This document shows, piece by piece, positions 52,395 through 62,800 of a stretch of 64,000 nucleotides of DNA. The stretch's first letter is position 1, and each line of letters opens with the position of its first letter. The notes below the pieces were generated by a model, which ran no database searches, was not told the DNA's origin, and saw only the letters and a list, made by a program, of their open reading frames with translations. The position numbers and the translations under genes are program-made. This DNA is from Acidobacteriota bacterium (GTDB taxonomy: Bacteria; Acidobacteriota; Thermoanaerobaculia; Gp7-AA8). The stretch spans positions 192,001 through 256,000 of the forward strand of contig JAFATB010000022.1 in NCBI GenBank assembly GCA_019244185.1. Reading direction: 5' to 3'.

Positions 52395-54386
52395 ATGTGC
52401 GGCATCGCCGGCGCATTTCTTCGAGGCGCGGGCTCGCGCGCCGAGCTCGAGTCGGTCGTGACCGGGATGACGTGTGCCATCGAGCACCGCGGCCCCGACG
52501 ACAGCGGCGTCTTCATCGACGAGCGCGCCGGACTCTCGCTCGGCTTCCGCAGGCTCTCGATCATCGACCTCTCGCCGGCCGGACATCAGCCGATGCAGTC
52601 GGCGAGCGGCCGTTACGTTCTCATCTACAACGGTGAGGTCTACAACTACGAGGCCGTGCGCGCGGAGCTCGAGCGCGCCGGCGCGATGTCGTGGCGCGGG
52701 CATTCGGATACGGAAGTCATGCTCGCGGCGATCGAACGCTGGGGACTCGACGGCGCGTTGTCGCGCTTCATCGGCATGTTCGCGATGGCGCTCTGGGATC
52801 GCGCGGAGCAGACGCTGCATCTCGTCCGCGACCGGCTCGGCGTGAAGCCGCTGTACTACAGCTTCGCCGGCAACGCGGTGCTGTTCGCGTCGGAGCTGAA
52901 GGCGATCGAAGCGCATCCGCGCTTCCGCGGCGAGATCGACCGCGACGTCGTCGGTTTGTACGCGCGCTACAGCTACATCCCCGCGCCGTACACGATCTAT
53001 CGCGACACGTGGAAGCTACCGCCGGGTTGCGTGCTCTCGATCAAGCCCGGCGACGCGCGTCCCGAGCCGCGCGCGTACTGGGACCTGCAGGAAGTCGCGC
53101 CACGCGCGATCGCCTCGCGGTTCCGCGGCGGCGATGACGAGGCGCTCGATGCGCTGGATGCGCTCGTCGCCGACGCCGTTCGTCTGCGCATGGTCGCGGA
53201 CGTGCCGCTCGGCGTGTTCCTCTCCGGCGGCATCGACTCCTCGCTGATCGCCGCGGCGATGCAGGCGCAGAACAGCAGTCCGGTGAAGACGTTCTCCATC
53301 GGCTTCCACGAGTCGCTCTACGACGAGGCGCAATACGCCGCCGCGGTCGCGCGCCATCTCGGCACCGCGCACACGGAGCTCTACGTCACGCCGCGCGAAG
53401 CGCAGGACGTCATTCCGCTGCTGCCGCGCATGTACGACGAGCCGTTCGCCGACTCCTCGCAGATCCCGACGTATCTCGTCTCGAAGCTCGCGCGGCAATC
53501 CGTCACCGTGAGCCTCTCCGGCGACGGCGGCGACGAGCTGTTCGGCGGCTACCACCGCTACTTCCTCGGGCAGAAACTGCTGCGCGGCGTCGCGCGCGTG
53601 CCGCGAGCGTTGCGTCCTCCCGCGGGTGCCGCGTTGCGCGCGGTGCCGGTGTGGATGTGGAACCGCCTGCTCTCGCCGGAGTCGCGCATCATGCCGCGCG
53701 CGCTGCGCCGCGACCGCGCCGGCGAACGGCTGCACAAGTTCGCGCGCGCAATGAACGACCGCAGCGACGACGCGCTCTACCACGAGATCGTCACGCAGTG
53801 GTCGAGCGTCGTCCCGGGCGCGCGTCCGCTGCCGATCGCGATCACCGCACGCGCCGCGCGCGCGCCGATCGCCGACACGATCGAGCGCATGATGTTCTTC
53901 GATCAGCTCTCGTATCTGCCCGACGACATCCTCGTGAAAGTCGATCGCGCGAGCATGGCCGTGAGCCTCGAGGCGCGCGAGCCGCTGCTCGATCATCGCC
54001 TCGTCGAGTTCGCGTGGTCGCTGCCGCTGTCGATGAAGATCCGCGACGGCAAGGGGAAGTGGATCCTGCGCAAGCTGCTGACGCGCTACGTGCCGGAGGC
54101 GCTCATCGAGCGGCCGAAGATGGGCTTCGGCCTGCCGATCGATCAGTGGCTGCGCGGTCCGCTACGCGGCTGGGCCGAAGAGCTGCTCGATCCGCGGCGG
54201 CTGCGGCAGGATGGTTTCTTCGATGCGACCGAGGTCCGCACGAAGTGGGACGAACACCTCGGCGGCCGCGGCGAATGGCAGCAGCCGCTCTGGACCATTC
54301 TCATGTTCCAGGCGTGGCGTGCGGAGCGCCGCGCATCAGCGGACGGAACGGCGCTTCCCGCCGCCGCCGCCACCGCAATCGGTTAG
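52395..54386 (+). CDS. asnB: Asparagine synthase (glutamine-hydrolysing) family amidotransferase
   Basis: MCGI N-terminus, HRGPD, LSGGIDSS, SGDGGDELFGGY, 'KVDRASM'. Confidence 0.92.
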   Translation: MCGIAGAFLRGAGSRAELESVVTGMTCAIEHRGPDDSGVFIDERAGLSLGFRRLSIIDLSPAGHQPMQSASGRYVLIYNGEVYNYEAVRAELERAGAMSWRGHSDTEVMLAAIERWGLDGALSRFIGMFAMALWDRAEQTLHLVRDRLGVKPLYYSFAGNAVLFASELKAIEAHPRFRGEIDRDVVGLYARYSYIPAPYTIYRDTWKLPPGCVLSIKPGDARPEPRAYWDLQEVAPRAIASRFRGGDDEALDALDALVADAVRLRMVADVPLGVFLSGGIDSSLIAAAMQAQNSSPVKTFSIGFHESLYDEAQYAAAVARHLGTAHTELYVTPREAQDVIPLLPRMYDEPFADSSQIPTYLVSKLARQSVTVSLSGDGGDELFGGYHRYFLGQKLLRGVARVPRALRPPAGAALRAVPVWMWNRLLSPESRIMPRALRRDRAGERLHKFARAMNDRSDDALYHEIVTQWSSVVPGARPLPIAITARAARAPIADTIERMMFFDQLSYLPDDILVKVDRASMAVSLEAREPLLDHRLVEFAWSLPLSMKIRDGKGKWILRKLLTRYVPEALIERPKMGFGLPIDQWLRGPLRGWAEELLDPRRLRQDGFFDATEVRTKWDEHLGGRGEWQQPLWTILMFQAWRAERRASADGTALPAAAATAIG

Positions 54387-54773
54387 CGACGTCACCACCG
54401 CGCGGCCGTCCGGAACGCTCAGCACGATCGGCGCGTGACACATGTCCATGCCGTCGTAGTGATTCGTCGCGCCGTCCATCGAGTCGAACACCTCGCACGC
54501 GAACGGCTCCTCGGGCGGAATGTAGATCGAGCCTTCCTCGACGCGGCGGAGGATCAGCCACGGCCGGTCGTCGCGTCCGGTCGGCAGCGTGATCACGTAC
54601 TTGTCGCCGCCGGCCATGACGAGCGCGGCCGCGGCGCAGTTCCACGTCGCGCACGACGTGACGATCCAGGTGTAGCGAATCGGGTTGGTGGTCGGCGGTG
54701 CATCGTCCGCCTGAGCGGCCGCGGCAGTGAGCAACAGCGCGGCGGCGAGCACAGCTCCAATCGATCGGTTCAT
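54336..54773 (-). CDS. Small secreted Cys-containing protein ending in a Gly-linker-KRRSVR tail
   Basis: Signal peptide (AAQA); 5 Cys; C-terminal GGGGGGKRRSVR; SD GGAG. Confidence 0.7.
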   Translation of the reverse strand: MNRSIGAVLAAALLLTAAAAQADDAPPTTNPIRYTWIVTSCATWNCAAAALVMAGGDKYVITLPTGRDDRPWLILRRVEEGSIYIPPEEPFACEVFDSMDGATNHYDGMDMCHAPIVLSVPDGRAVVTSLTDCGGGGGGKRRSVR

Positions 54774-54798
54774 GACACGGGTCTCCAACGATCGCCTC

Positions 54799-54814
54799 TG
54801 AAATCCACGTGCCA
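54799..54814 (-). promoter_or_regulatory. Possible sigma54 promoter
   Basis: Minus strand TGGCACGTGGATTTCA: perfect -24 box, variant -12 box. Confidence 0.35.
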
Positions 54815-54881
54815 GTGACATGCGTCACGTGCAAAGAAGTAGGCAGGCTCTTTTCATACGTATAACTTTTTCGGAGGCCCC

Positions 54882-56816
54882 ATGAGACGCACAGCGGTAA
54901 TCTTCCTCTCCGTCGTCCTGCTCCTGCTCGCGGGAAGCGCGCTGGCCGGCACGTTCATCGTGCCCGACGACGACGAGATGGTGACGAAAGCAGATGCAAT
55001 CGTCGTCGGCACGGTCGAGGGCGCTTACGCGCAGGAAGCCGACAACACGATCGAAACGGTGTACGAGATTCGCCTCGAGCGCGCGGTCAAAGGGATCGCG
55101 GAACCCAATGCGTTGCTTCGCGTCGTGACGATGGGCGGCGTGATCGGCGACCGCGGCGTCATCGTGTCCGGCGAGGCGCAGTACGAACAGGGCGAGCGCG
55201 TGCTGGTCTTTCTCACGCGCGACCGCGGCCGCTGGCGCACGACCGATCTCACGCTCGGCAAATTCAAGTTCGCGACGTCGACGACCGGCGAGCGTCTTCT
55301 CGTCCGCGACATGGACGACGTCCTCGGCTGGGACCGCTCCGGCGCCGTGCATCAGGAGCCGGTGCGCAAAGAAGAAGGCTTCATGCGCTTCGTCGAGGCG
55401 CGCGCGCACGGACGCGCCGCGCAGCAGGACTACAGCGTCGATCCGTCCGAGGTGATGTTGCCGGCGAAACCGGCACCGCTTGCGAAGGCGTTGCAGCAGA
55501 TGAGCAGCTACGGATTGCAGCAGGCGGCGACGACGTACGACCCCGCGACGTACACGAGCTGGGTGAACAACACGCCGACGCGCTGGCCGAACATCTCCGC
55601 CGGCGTGACCTGGTACAAACGCTCCGATCAGAACATCTCCGGCGCCGCGGACGGCGGCGTGAGCGTGATTCAGGGCGGACTGGCCGCATGGACGAATGAA
55701 TGCGGCTCGAACATCAACCTGATGTACGGCGGCCAGACGGCGACGGTGTCGAAGAACTTCGACAGCACGAACGTCGTCGAGTTCAACGATCCGCAGGGCC
55801 GCGTTTCGGGGTCGTGGACCGGCGCCGGAACCGTGGCCATCACGTTCACGTCGTTCGGCAGCAACCACACGTTTCTCAACCGGTCGTGGCTCAGCATCAC
55901 CGACGCGGACGTCGTCTTTCAGGACGGCTTTCCGGGAACCAGCTCCGCGTTTGCGCCCGCGATGACGCATGAGCTCGGACATGGCATCGGCTGGCGCCAC
56001 TCGAACCAGAGCCATCTCAACGGCGGCACGTGCGACTCGACGGTCGAAGAGTGCACGAGCGCCGCGATCATGAACTCGAGCGTCAACGGCAACTACGGCT
56101 TCACGCTGCAGCCGTGGGACATTCACGCCGCGCAGGGCGTATATCCGGGCGGCACGTGCGGGGGCGGGACGACGTGCACGCCTCCGACGATCACGACGCA
56201 GCCGACGGCGAGGACGGTGGCGGCGGGGATCTCCACCACCATCACCGTCACCGCAACCGGCACCGGGCTCACGTACGAGTGGTACGTCGGCGCGCCGGGC
56301 AACACGGCCAATCGCATCCCCGGCGTCAGCGGGCCGTCGCTCACCGTGACGCCGGGCGCGACGACGACGTACTGGGTGCGCGTCGTCGGCCAATGCGGCA
56401 CCGCGAACAGCACCGCCGCGACCGTGACCGTCACGGCGGGAACGGCCGCCGCGAGCACGGCCTCGAAGCTGTATCTCGTCACGCCGTGCCGTACGCTCGA
56501 CACGCGCGCCGGCAGCCCGCTGTATCCCGCGAGCACGCAGCTCGTCACGATCACGGGTAAGTGCGGCGTGCCGGCCGGCGCGAAGGCGATCGTCATGAAC
56601 ATCACCGCGGTCACGCCGGCGTCGAACGGAACGCTCATCGCGTATCCCGGCACCGGCGAGGCGCCGCCGGGCACGAGCACGGTCAGCTACCGCACGGGTC
56701 GCACGCGTGCGAACAACTCGATCATGCGTCTCTCGTCCGATGGACGTCTGGCCATCTACAACAGCGGCCCGAGCGCGATTCACTTTCTCATCGACGTCAC
56801 GGGCTACTTCCAATGA
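54882..56816 (+). CDS. Secreted matrixin/M10-like zinc metalloprotease with Ig-like and shared C-terminal domain
   Basis: Signal peptide; HELGHGIGWRH; Met-turn 'AIM'; C-terminal LYLVTPCRTLDTR...IDVTGYFQ. Confidence 0.85.
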   Translation: MRRTAVIFLSVVLLLLAGSALAGTFIVPDDDEMVTKADAIVVGTVEGAYAQEADNTIETVYEIRLERAVKGIAEPNALLRVVTMGGVIGDRGVIVSGEAQYEQGERVLVFLTRDRGRWRTTDLTLGKFKFATSTTGERLLVRDMDDVLGWDRSGAVHQEPVRKEEGFMRFVEARAHGRAAQQDYSVDPSEVMLPAKPAPLAKALQQMSSYGLQQAATTYDPATYTSWVNNTPTRWPNISAGVTWYKRSDQNISGAADGGVSVIQGGLAAWTNECGSNINLMYGGQTATVSKNFDSTNVVEFNDPQGRVSGSWTGAGTVAITFTSFGSNHTFLNRSWLSITDADVVFQDGFPGTSSAFAPAMTHELGHGIGWRHSNQSHLNGGTCDSTVEECTSAAIMNSSVNGNYGFTLQPWDIHAAQGVYPGGTCGGGTTCTPPTITTQPTARTVAAGISTTITVTATGTGLTYEWYVGAPGNTANRIPGVSGPSLTVTPGATTTYWVRVVGQCGTANSTAATVTVTAGTAAASTASKLYLVTPCRTLDTRAGSPLYPASTQLVTITGKCGVPAGAKAIVMNITAVTPASNGTLIAYPGTGEAPPGTSTVSYRTGRTRANNSIMRLSSDGRLAIYNSGPSAIHFLIDVTGYFQ

Positions 56817-56825
56817 TCCGCGAGC

Positions 56826-56861
56826 GGCGGGCGGCGGGTTTTGTCCCGCCGCCTGCCTTTT
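56826..56861 (+). terminator. Rho-independent terminator
   Basis: ggcgggcggcggg-ttttgt-cccgccgcctgcc-tttt. Confidence 0.75.
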
Positions 56862-56930
56862 CCGAGAATTTCGTGAGCGGCGTCACCGGTTCATGTGCCA
56901 ATAACCCTTATCGTCAACCGGGTTCAACAC

Positions 56931-59258
56931 ATGAGCAAGCGAGCATCCTCTGTTCTCTTTGTCGCTGTCGTTGCGTTCATCGCGGCCACTCGTGCCGACG
57001 CGGGCATTCAGTCGCGCGCCGACGGAGACGTGATCTCGCCGCTCCTGCGGCCGATGGCGACCGGCACGCGCGTGCAGCTGCGCCACATTCCGGTGGGCGA
57101 TGCACTCGACGCGTCTCTCGATCTCGAGCGCTTCGAAGTGTGGGCGCCGAATGCGGAGCTCGTCGTGGAGCATGACGGCGGACAGCGCACGCACATCGCG
57201 CCGCCGCCGGTGCAGTACTTCCGCGGCACCGTCTCCGGCGATCCGGAATCGATGGTGTTCCTGGCGGTGCGCAGCGATGGCGCGACCGAGGGTCTCGTGA
57301 TTTCGAAGGAGCGCAGGTTCACGGTGCGCTCGCGTTCGCCGAAAGACATCGTGGTCGAAGACGTCGCGGCGACGGATGACTACACGCCGGGCGGCGGCTT
57401 CATGTGCGATCTCGACGGCGCGCCGGTCTCGTTGAAAGGCGGCACGCTTCCGAGCGTCCGCTCGCTGGTTTCCGGCATCGATCCGCAGACGAACGGCACG
57501 CTCAGCGCCACGGGCACGTGGACGCTGAACCTCGCCATCGAGACCGACAACGAGCTGTATGTCGACTTCAGCTCGAATCCGACCACTGTCGCGACGTTCA
57601 TCGGCAACGTCGTCGGCGCGGCATCGACGATCTACAAGCGCGATCTGCAGACGGATCTGCTCATCACGTTCTCGCGCATCCAGGCCACGGCGTCCGATCC
57701 GTGGACCATCAATCCCGGCTCGACCGGTACGTGGAACGGCTCGTCGACGACGTACACGACCTCGCACGCGCTCGCCGAACTCGGCGACGTCTGGGCCAAC
57801 AGCGGCACGCGTCCTTACAACGGTCCGCGTTCTTCCGTCGTGCTGATGAGCGGCAAGTCGCAGACCGCCGGCGTCGCGTGGATCGGCGCGTCGTGCACCG
57901 CCGACTCGCTTTGCAGCGGCGCGGGATGCGGCATCTTCAACGGCCACTACTCGGGCGGCTTTGCCTACATCGGCCTCGGCAATCCGAGCGCGACCGTGCC
58001 CAATCCCGATGCGACCGTCAATGGCGTTCCGTATGGTCTTCCGTCGACGAACTACTGGCCCGTCCTCGGCTTCGCGCACGAGCTCGGACACAACGTCGGC
58101 TCGCAGCACACGCACTGCGTCGCGCTGACCGCGGATCAGAAGACCGCGTACAACGTCACGCGCAGCTACATCGACGAGTGCTACGCCGGCGAAGGCGGCT
58201 GCTACGGTGGCGCCACGAGCGTTCCCCCGGAGAAGGGGACGATCATGAGCTACTGCCATCTCACGTTCTCCGGCGGCTTTCCGCAGAGCCGGTTTCTCTT
58301 CGGCAAAGCCGGTGAGCCGAGCGAGTTGATTCAGCAGGCGATCAAGAGCTACATCAACAGCCGCACGCCCGCGTCGCCGGCGATCAGCGCGCCCGCTTCG
58401 GTCGCATCGGGCGCGAGCGGCAACGCGTCGATCAATTCGCCCGTAGCCGGCCTCACGTACGACTGGACGATCACGAACGGCACGATCAACGGCAGTACGC
58501 AGGGCTCTTCGATCAACTTCACCGCGACGACGAACCCCGTCACGCTGCGCGTGCGCGGCACGAACACGTCGGGCTGCTCCGCATCCGATTCCGTGAACGT
58601 CACCGTCACCGCCGCCTGCACGCCGCCTTCGATCACCAGCGTCAATGCGAACGTCGTCATCACGAGCGGCACCACCGTCGAGTTGAACGCCACGGCGACC
58701 GGCACCGGACCGATCACGTATCAGTGGTACGTGGGAGAGTCGGGCGACGTCTCGACGCCGGCAGCGGTCGGCAATCCGATCAACGCCACGCCGTTGTCCA
58801 CGACCGCGTATTGGGTGCGCGCGTCGAACGCGTGCGGATCTGCGGACAGCCGCACCGTGCGTCTCGGGGTGGTCGACCCGCCGACGACGAGCGCATTGCT
58901 CTACATCGTCACGCCGTGCCGCCTCATCGATACACGCGGTCCCGCCGGACCGCACGGCGGACCCGCGATCGCGAACCTCGGCACGCGCGACGTCGCCGTC
59001 GCCGGCTCGTGCGGAATCCCCGCCGACGCCAAGGCCGTGGTCGCCAACATCACGGCGGTCGCGCCCGCGACCACCGGCTTCCTCGCTTTTTATCCCACTG
59101 GCTCTACCTGGCCAGGAAATAGCACCATGAACTACCGGACGGGCAAAACCCGCGCGAATAATGCGACACTGGTGTTGTCTGCTGCCGGAAGCGTCACGGT
59201 GTTGAATAATGGCTCTACGCAGAATTTCATTGTCGATGTGACCGGCTACTACAAGTGA
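56931..59258 (+). CDS. Secreted reprolysin/M12-like zinc metalloprotease with PKD/Ig-like and shared C-terminal domain
   Basis: Signal peptide; HELGHNVGSQH; 'GTIMSYCH'; C-terminal LYIVTPCRLIDTR...VDVTGYYK. Confidence 0.85.
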   Translation: MSKRASSVLFVAVVAFIAATRADAGIQSRADGDVISPLLRPMATGTRVQLRHIPVGDALDASLDLERFEVWAPNAELVVEHDGGQRTHIAPPPVQYFRGTVSGDPESMVFLAVRSDGATEGLVISKERRFTVRSRSPKDIVVEDVAATDDYTPGGGFMCDLDGAPVSLKGGTLPSVRSLVSGIDPQTNGTLSATGTWTLNLAIETDNELYVDFSSNPTTVATFIGNVVGAASTIYKRDLQTDLLITFSRIQATASDPWTINPGSTGTWNGSSTTYTTSHALAELGDVWANSGTRPYNGPRSSVVLMSGKSQTAGVAWIGASCTADSLCSGAGCGIFNGHYSGGFAYIGLGNPSATVPNPDATVNGVPYGLPSTNYWPVLGFAHELGHNVGSQHTHCVALTADQKTAYNVTRSYIDECYAGEGGCYGGATSVPPEKGTIMSYCHLTFSGGFPQSRFLFGKAGEPSELIQQAIKSYINSRTPASPAISAPASVASGASGNASINSPVAGLTYDWTITNGTINGSTQGSSINFTATTNPVTLRVRGTNTSGCSASDSVNVTVTAACTPPSITSVNANVVITSGTTVELNATATGTGPITYQWYVGESGDVSTPAAVGNPINATPLSTTAYWVRASNACGSADSRTVRLGVVDPPTTSALLYIVTPCRLIDTRGPAGPHGGPAIANLGTRDVAVAGSCGIPADAKAVVANITAVAPATTGFLAFYPTGSTWPGNSTMNYRTGKTRANNATLVLSAAGSVTVLNNGSTQNFIVDVTGYYK

Positions 59259-59268
59259 GGTGACCCTG

Positions 59269-59718
59269 ATGCGACGCCTGATCCTTTCCGCAGTTTTCTT
59301 CGCCCTGCTCGCCCTTCCGCGAATCGCTTCCGCGCAGAGCGGGCCGTACTCGTACTATCCGCTGTCGCCGTGCCGCGTCGTCGACACGCGCAATGCGAAC
59401 GGCACGAACGGCGGTCCCGCGTTCGGCACCGACGCCACGCGTAACTTCCAGATTCGCGGCTTCTGCGGCGTTCCGACGACTGCGAAGGCGGTGTCGCTGA
59501 ACGTAACCGTGACGCAGGCCAGCCAGGCCAGCTGGCTCGCCGTGTGGCCGTCCGGCACGGCCCGTCCCGTGGTCTCGATGATCAACTTCGAGCCGACCGA
59601 CCCCGCGCTCGCGAACGGCATCATCGTCGGCCTCTCGTCGGCGACACAGGACCTTTCCGTCTACAACAACTTCGGCAGCGTCCACGTGATCATCGACGTC
59701 ACCGGCTATTTCCAATAG
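59269..59718 (+). CDS. Secreted protein made only of the shared 'PCRxxDTR...DVTGYF' domain
   Basis: SD GAGG; signal peptide ending ASA; YYPLSPCRVVDTR...CGVPTTAKAVSLNVT...IDVTGYFQ. Confidence 0.85.
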   Translation: MRRLILSAVFFALLALPRIASAQSGPYSYYPLSPCRVVDTRNANGTNGGPAFGTDATRNFQIRGFCGVPTTAKAVSLNVTVTQASQASWLAVWPSGTARPVVSMINFEPTDPALANGIIVGLSSATQDLSVYNNFGSVHVIIDVTGYFQ

Positions 59719-59809
59719 CCGGCGTCGCCGCGTGCGATCGGGAACGGCGCGCCTCCGGGCGTGCCGAATTTTTTTTGGGGCATTTCACGTTCCTCGCCGC
59801 AGGTCCATC

Positions 59810-62800
59810 ATGCTCAAGCCATCGAACGCGTTCCTGCGGCGCACGCTCCCGCTTTGTCTCGCGCTTGTTCTGCTCGCGCCGTCTGTGTTTGCACAGGCAC
59901 TCACCGTGACGCGGTTCGCCGGCTCCGATTCCGGACCGGGTTATGCCGACGGCACGGGCAGCGCCGCACGCGTCCATGACGTGCGGGCGATTGCAACGGA
60001 TGCAGCCGGGAACGGCTACATTGTCGATCGGACGCAAAACGTCATTCGCAAGATGACGCCATCGGGCGTGGTGACGACGTTTGCCGGCCGTGAAGGAGCG
60101 TCGGGATTCGCGGATGGGCGTGGCGCTGCTGCGCGCTTCGACAGCCCGGAAGGCATCGCCGTGGATGATCGCGGCTACGTCTACGTCGCCGACTCCGCTA
60201 ACGGACGGATCCGTGTGATCTCTCCCGAAGGCGTGGTCACGTCACTCACTCCGGCGTACGCGTTCAACTGGCCGGATGGTGTGGCCGTGGACAATGTGGG
60301 CAACGTGTATGTGGCCGAGGTGACCGGCCATACCGTGCGCGTCATCCGCCCCAACGGAGCGGTGTCGCTGGTCGCCGGCTCGGCGGGTGTCTCAGGAACG
60401 GCGGACGGGATTGGCGCCGCGGCGAGGTTCGGGAACATCTTCAGTCTCACCTGGAATCGTGCGACGGGAGAGTTGCTCGTCGCCGAGTCCGACCGCATTC
60501 GGAAAATCACGATCGATCGCGCGACGCTGCAAGGCACGGTCGCTACAGTGGCGGTCCCCGGCAATTACGTGAATGCAGTCACGGTCGATGCTTCCGGCGT
60601 TCTGTATGCGGCGGTCAGCACCAGCGTCGTGTTGCGCGTCAGCGGGGGCGTTGCCTCCATCTACGCCGGCAGTCAGTATCACCTGCAGGGCAGCAACGAC
60701 GGCTCGCTCGATGCGGCGAGGTTCATTTTTCCCTCCGGGATCGCTGCCGCCCCCGGCGGTGTCCTGTACGTGGTTGATTTCGGCACGACCGACGTCCGCA
60801 AGCTTGCCGGCGGCTTCGTCACGACCATCGCCGGCACGCCGGTGCGATACGGGTCGTCCGGTGGTACGTGCGATACGACGCAGTTCCGCTACCCGACGGA
60901 TACGGTCGTGGACAGTCACGGCAACGTCTTCGTTGCGGACCAGCTCGTGATCGCCAAGATCACGCCCGCCTGTCAGGTGCAGGTGTTTGCCGGCTCTTAC
61001 GACCACTACGTTTCGCACGACGGAACGGGAGTCAACGCCGCGTTTTCCAGCCTCGGGACGCTCGCCATCGACGCCAACGACAATCTGTACGCCGTCGATG
61101 CGAATGCGATCCGCAAGATCACGCCGGCCGGAGTCGTCACGACGTACGCTGGAGTCGCGGACCAGAGCGGCAGCGCGAACGGCAACGGAATCAACGCGCG
61201 TTTCTCGTCTCCATTCGGCATCGCCGTCGACGCCTCCGGCAACGTGTTCGTCGCCGATCAGAACCACGTCATCCGCAAGATCACGACCTCCGGAGACGTG
61301 AGTCTGGTTGCCGGTGCCGTCGGTCAGCAGGGCTCCTCGGACGGCACGGCGGGAGCGGCGCGTTTCAATGTGCCGGCGGGAATGGCCTTCGGAGCCGACG
61401 GAACTCTCTACGTCGCCGACTACATGAATGACACCATCCGGAAAATCACGATGCCGGACGCGGTCGTCTCGACGCTCGCCGGTAGTCCTGGCCAGTGGGG
61501 GTGGACGGACGGCACCGGTGCGAGCGCACTGTTCGACGCCCCGTCCGACGTGGTCATCGGCAGTGACGGTCGTCTCTACGTCTCCGATGGGAACCACGTC
61601 ATCCGGCAGATCGTGGGCAATGTCGTGTCGACCGTGGCCGGCCGCGCCCGGCAGTCGGGGAACGTCGACGGAACCGGCCAGATCGCGCGGTTCCACACGA
61701 ACGGCGGTCTCAGCGCAGACACCCAGGGGAATCTCTACATCGCCGACGTGGCTGCGTACAACGTCCGCCGCGCGCGGCTGCCGGGCATCGACGACGTCGC
61801 GACGGCATCGACGACGACGCCGGCCCTCCACACGACCGTACAGCTTGGAACCGCGCCCGCCACGGCGACGAGCTGGCAGTGGAGCATCGTGCGCCGGCCG
61901 TCCGGCTCGACGGCGGAGCTCTCGTCTTCGATCAGCCGCACTCCGACGTTTGCTCCGGACGTCGCCGACGTCTATACGCTCATGCTGCGTGCCGAAGGCG
62001 CGGCCGGCGTACGCTACTCCACTATCGACGTCGCGCCCACGGATCCGTGTTCACCGATTGCGTCCGTCGTTGCGACGCTGAGTGGTTCCTCCTGCGTCGC
62101 GTCGGGCAGCACCGCCACGGTGAACGTCAGCGGAGGCGGCGCGGTGACGTACCAGTGGGGCTGGCGCTCGGTCTCCGCCGGCACGATCACGCCGCTCCCG
62201 GGGAAGACATCCTCAGCCTATACGATCGATGCCGCGGACTTTGGCGCCGGCAGCCCGGCCTATCTCGTTGCCACCGTGACATCCGAATGCGGTGTCGTCA
62301 CGACGTCCAACGAAGTGCCTGTCAGCACGGGTCCGTCGGCGACGATCTCCGCGAGCAGCAATGTCTTCGCGAATGCCGCAGACAACTACGCCTCCGTATC
62401 TGCCGCCGGAGCGTCCGCGACCTACGCATGGTCGATCACGAACGGCACCATCTCCGCGGGGCAGGGAACGAATCGCATCGTCTACACCGCGGGAGCGAGC
62501 GGCGAAGTGGTGCTGAGCGTGACGGTCACCGATGGTTGTCCCACGACGAGCGAGGTGCATGTGCCGGTCGTGCCGCGCCCCGCGGGTGCATCGATGCTGT
62601 ATCTCGTCACGCCGTGCCGCGTGTTCGACAGCCGTAACGGCGCGCCGCTCGCGAATCACAGCATTCGCACGGTCGCGATCGGAGGCTCGTGCGGCGTGCC
62701 GGTGGACGCGCGGAGCATCGCGGCGAACATCACCGTCGTCGCGCCGGCGACGACCGGATGGGTGTCGCTCTTTCCCGACGCGAACAACTGGCCGGGCACG

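Noticed and set aside
1806-53996. Many long antisense or alternate-frame ORFs (e.g. 1806-4004, 30879-33107, 50988-52916)
   Set aside because: Shadow ORFs expected at high GC, overlapping well-supported genes.
46873-54386. AsnB-like plus transglutaminase-like genes as a lasso-peptide cluster
   Set aside because: AsnB keeps an intact MCGI glutaminase domain, no precursor or RRE gene is visible, and the context is sugar biosynthesis.
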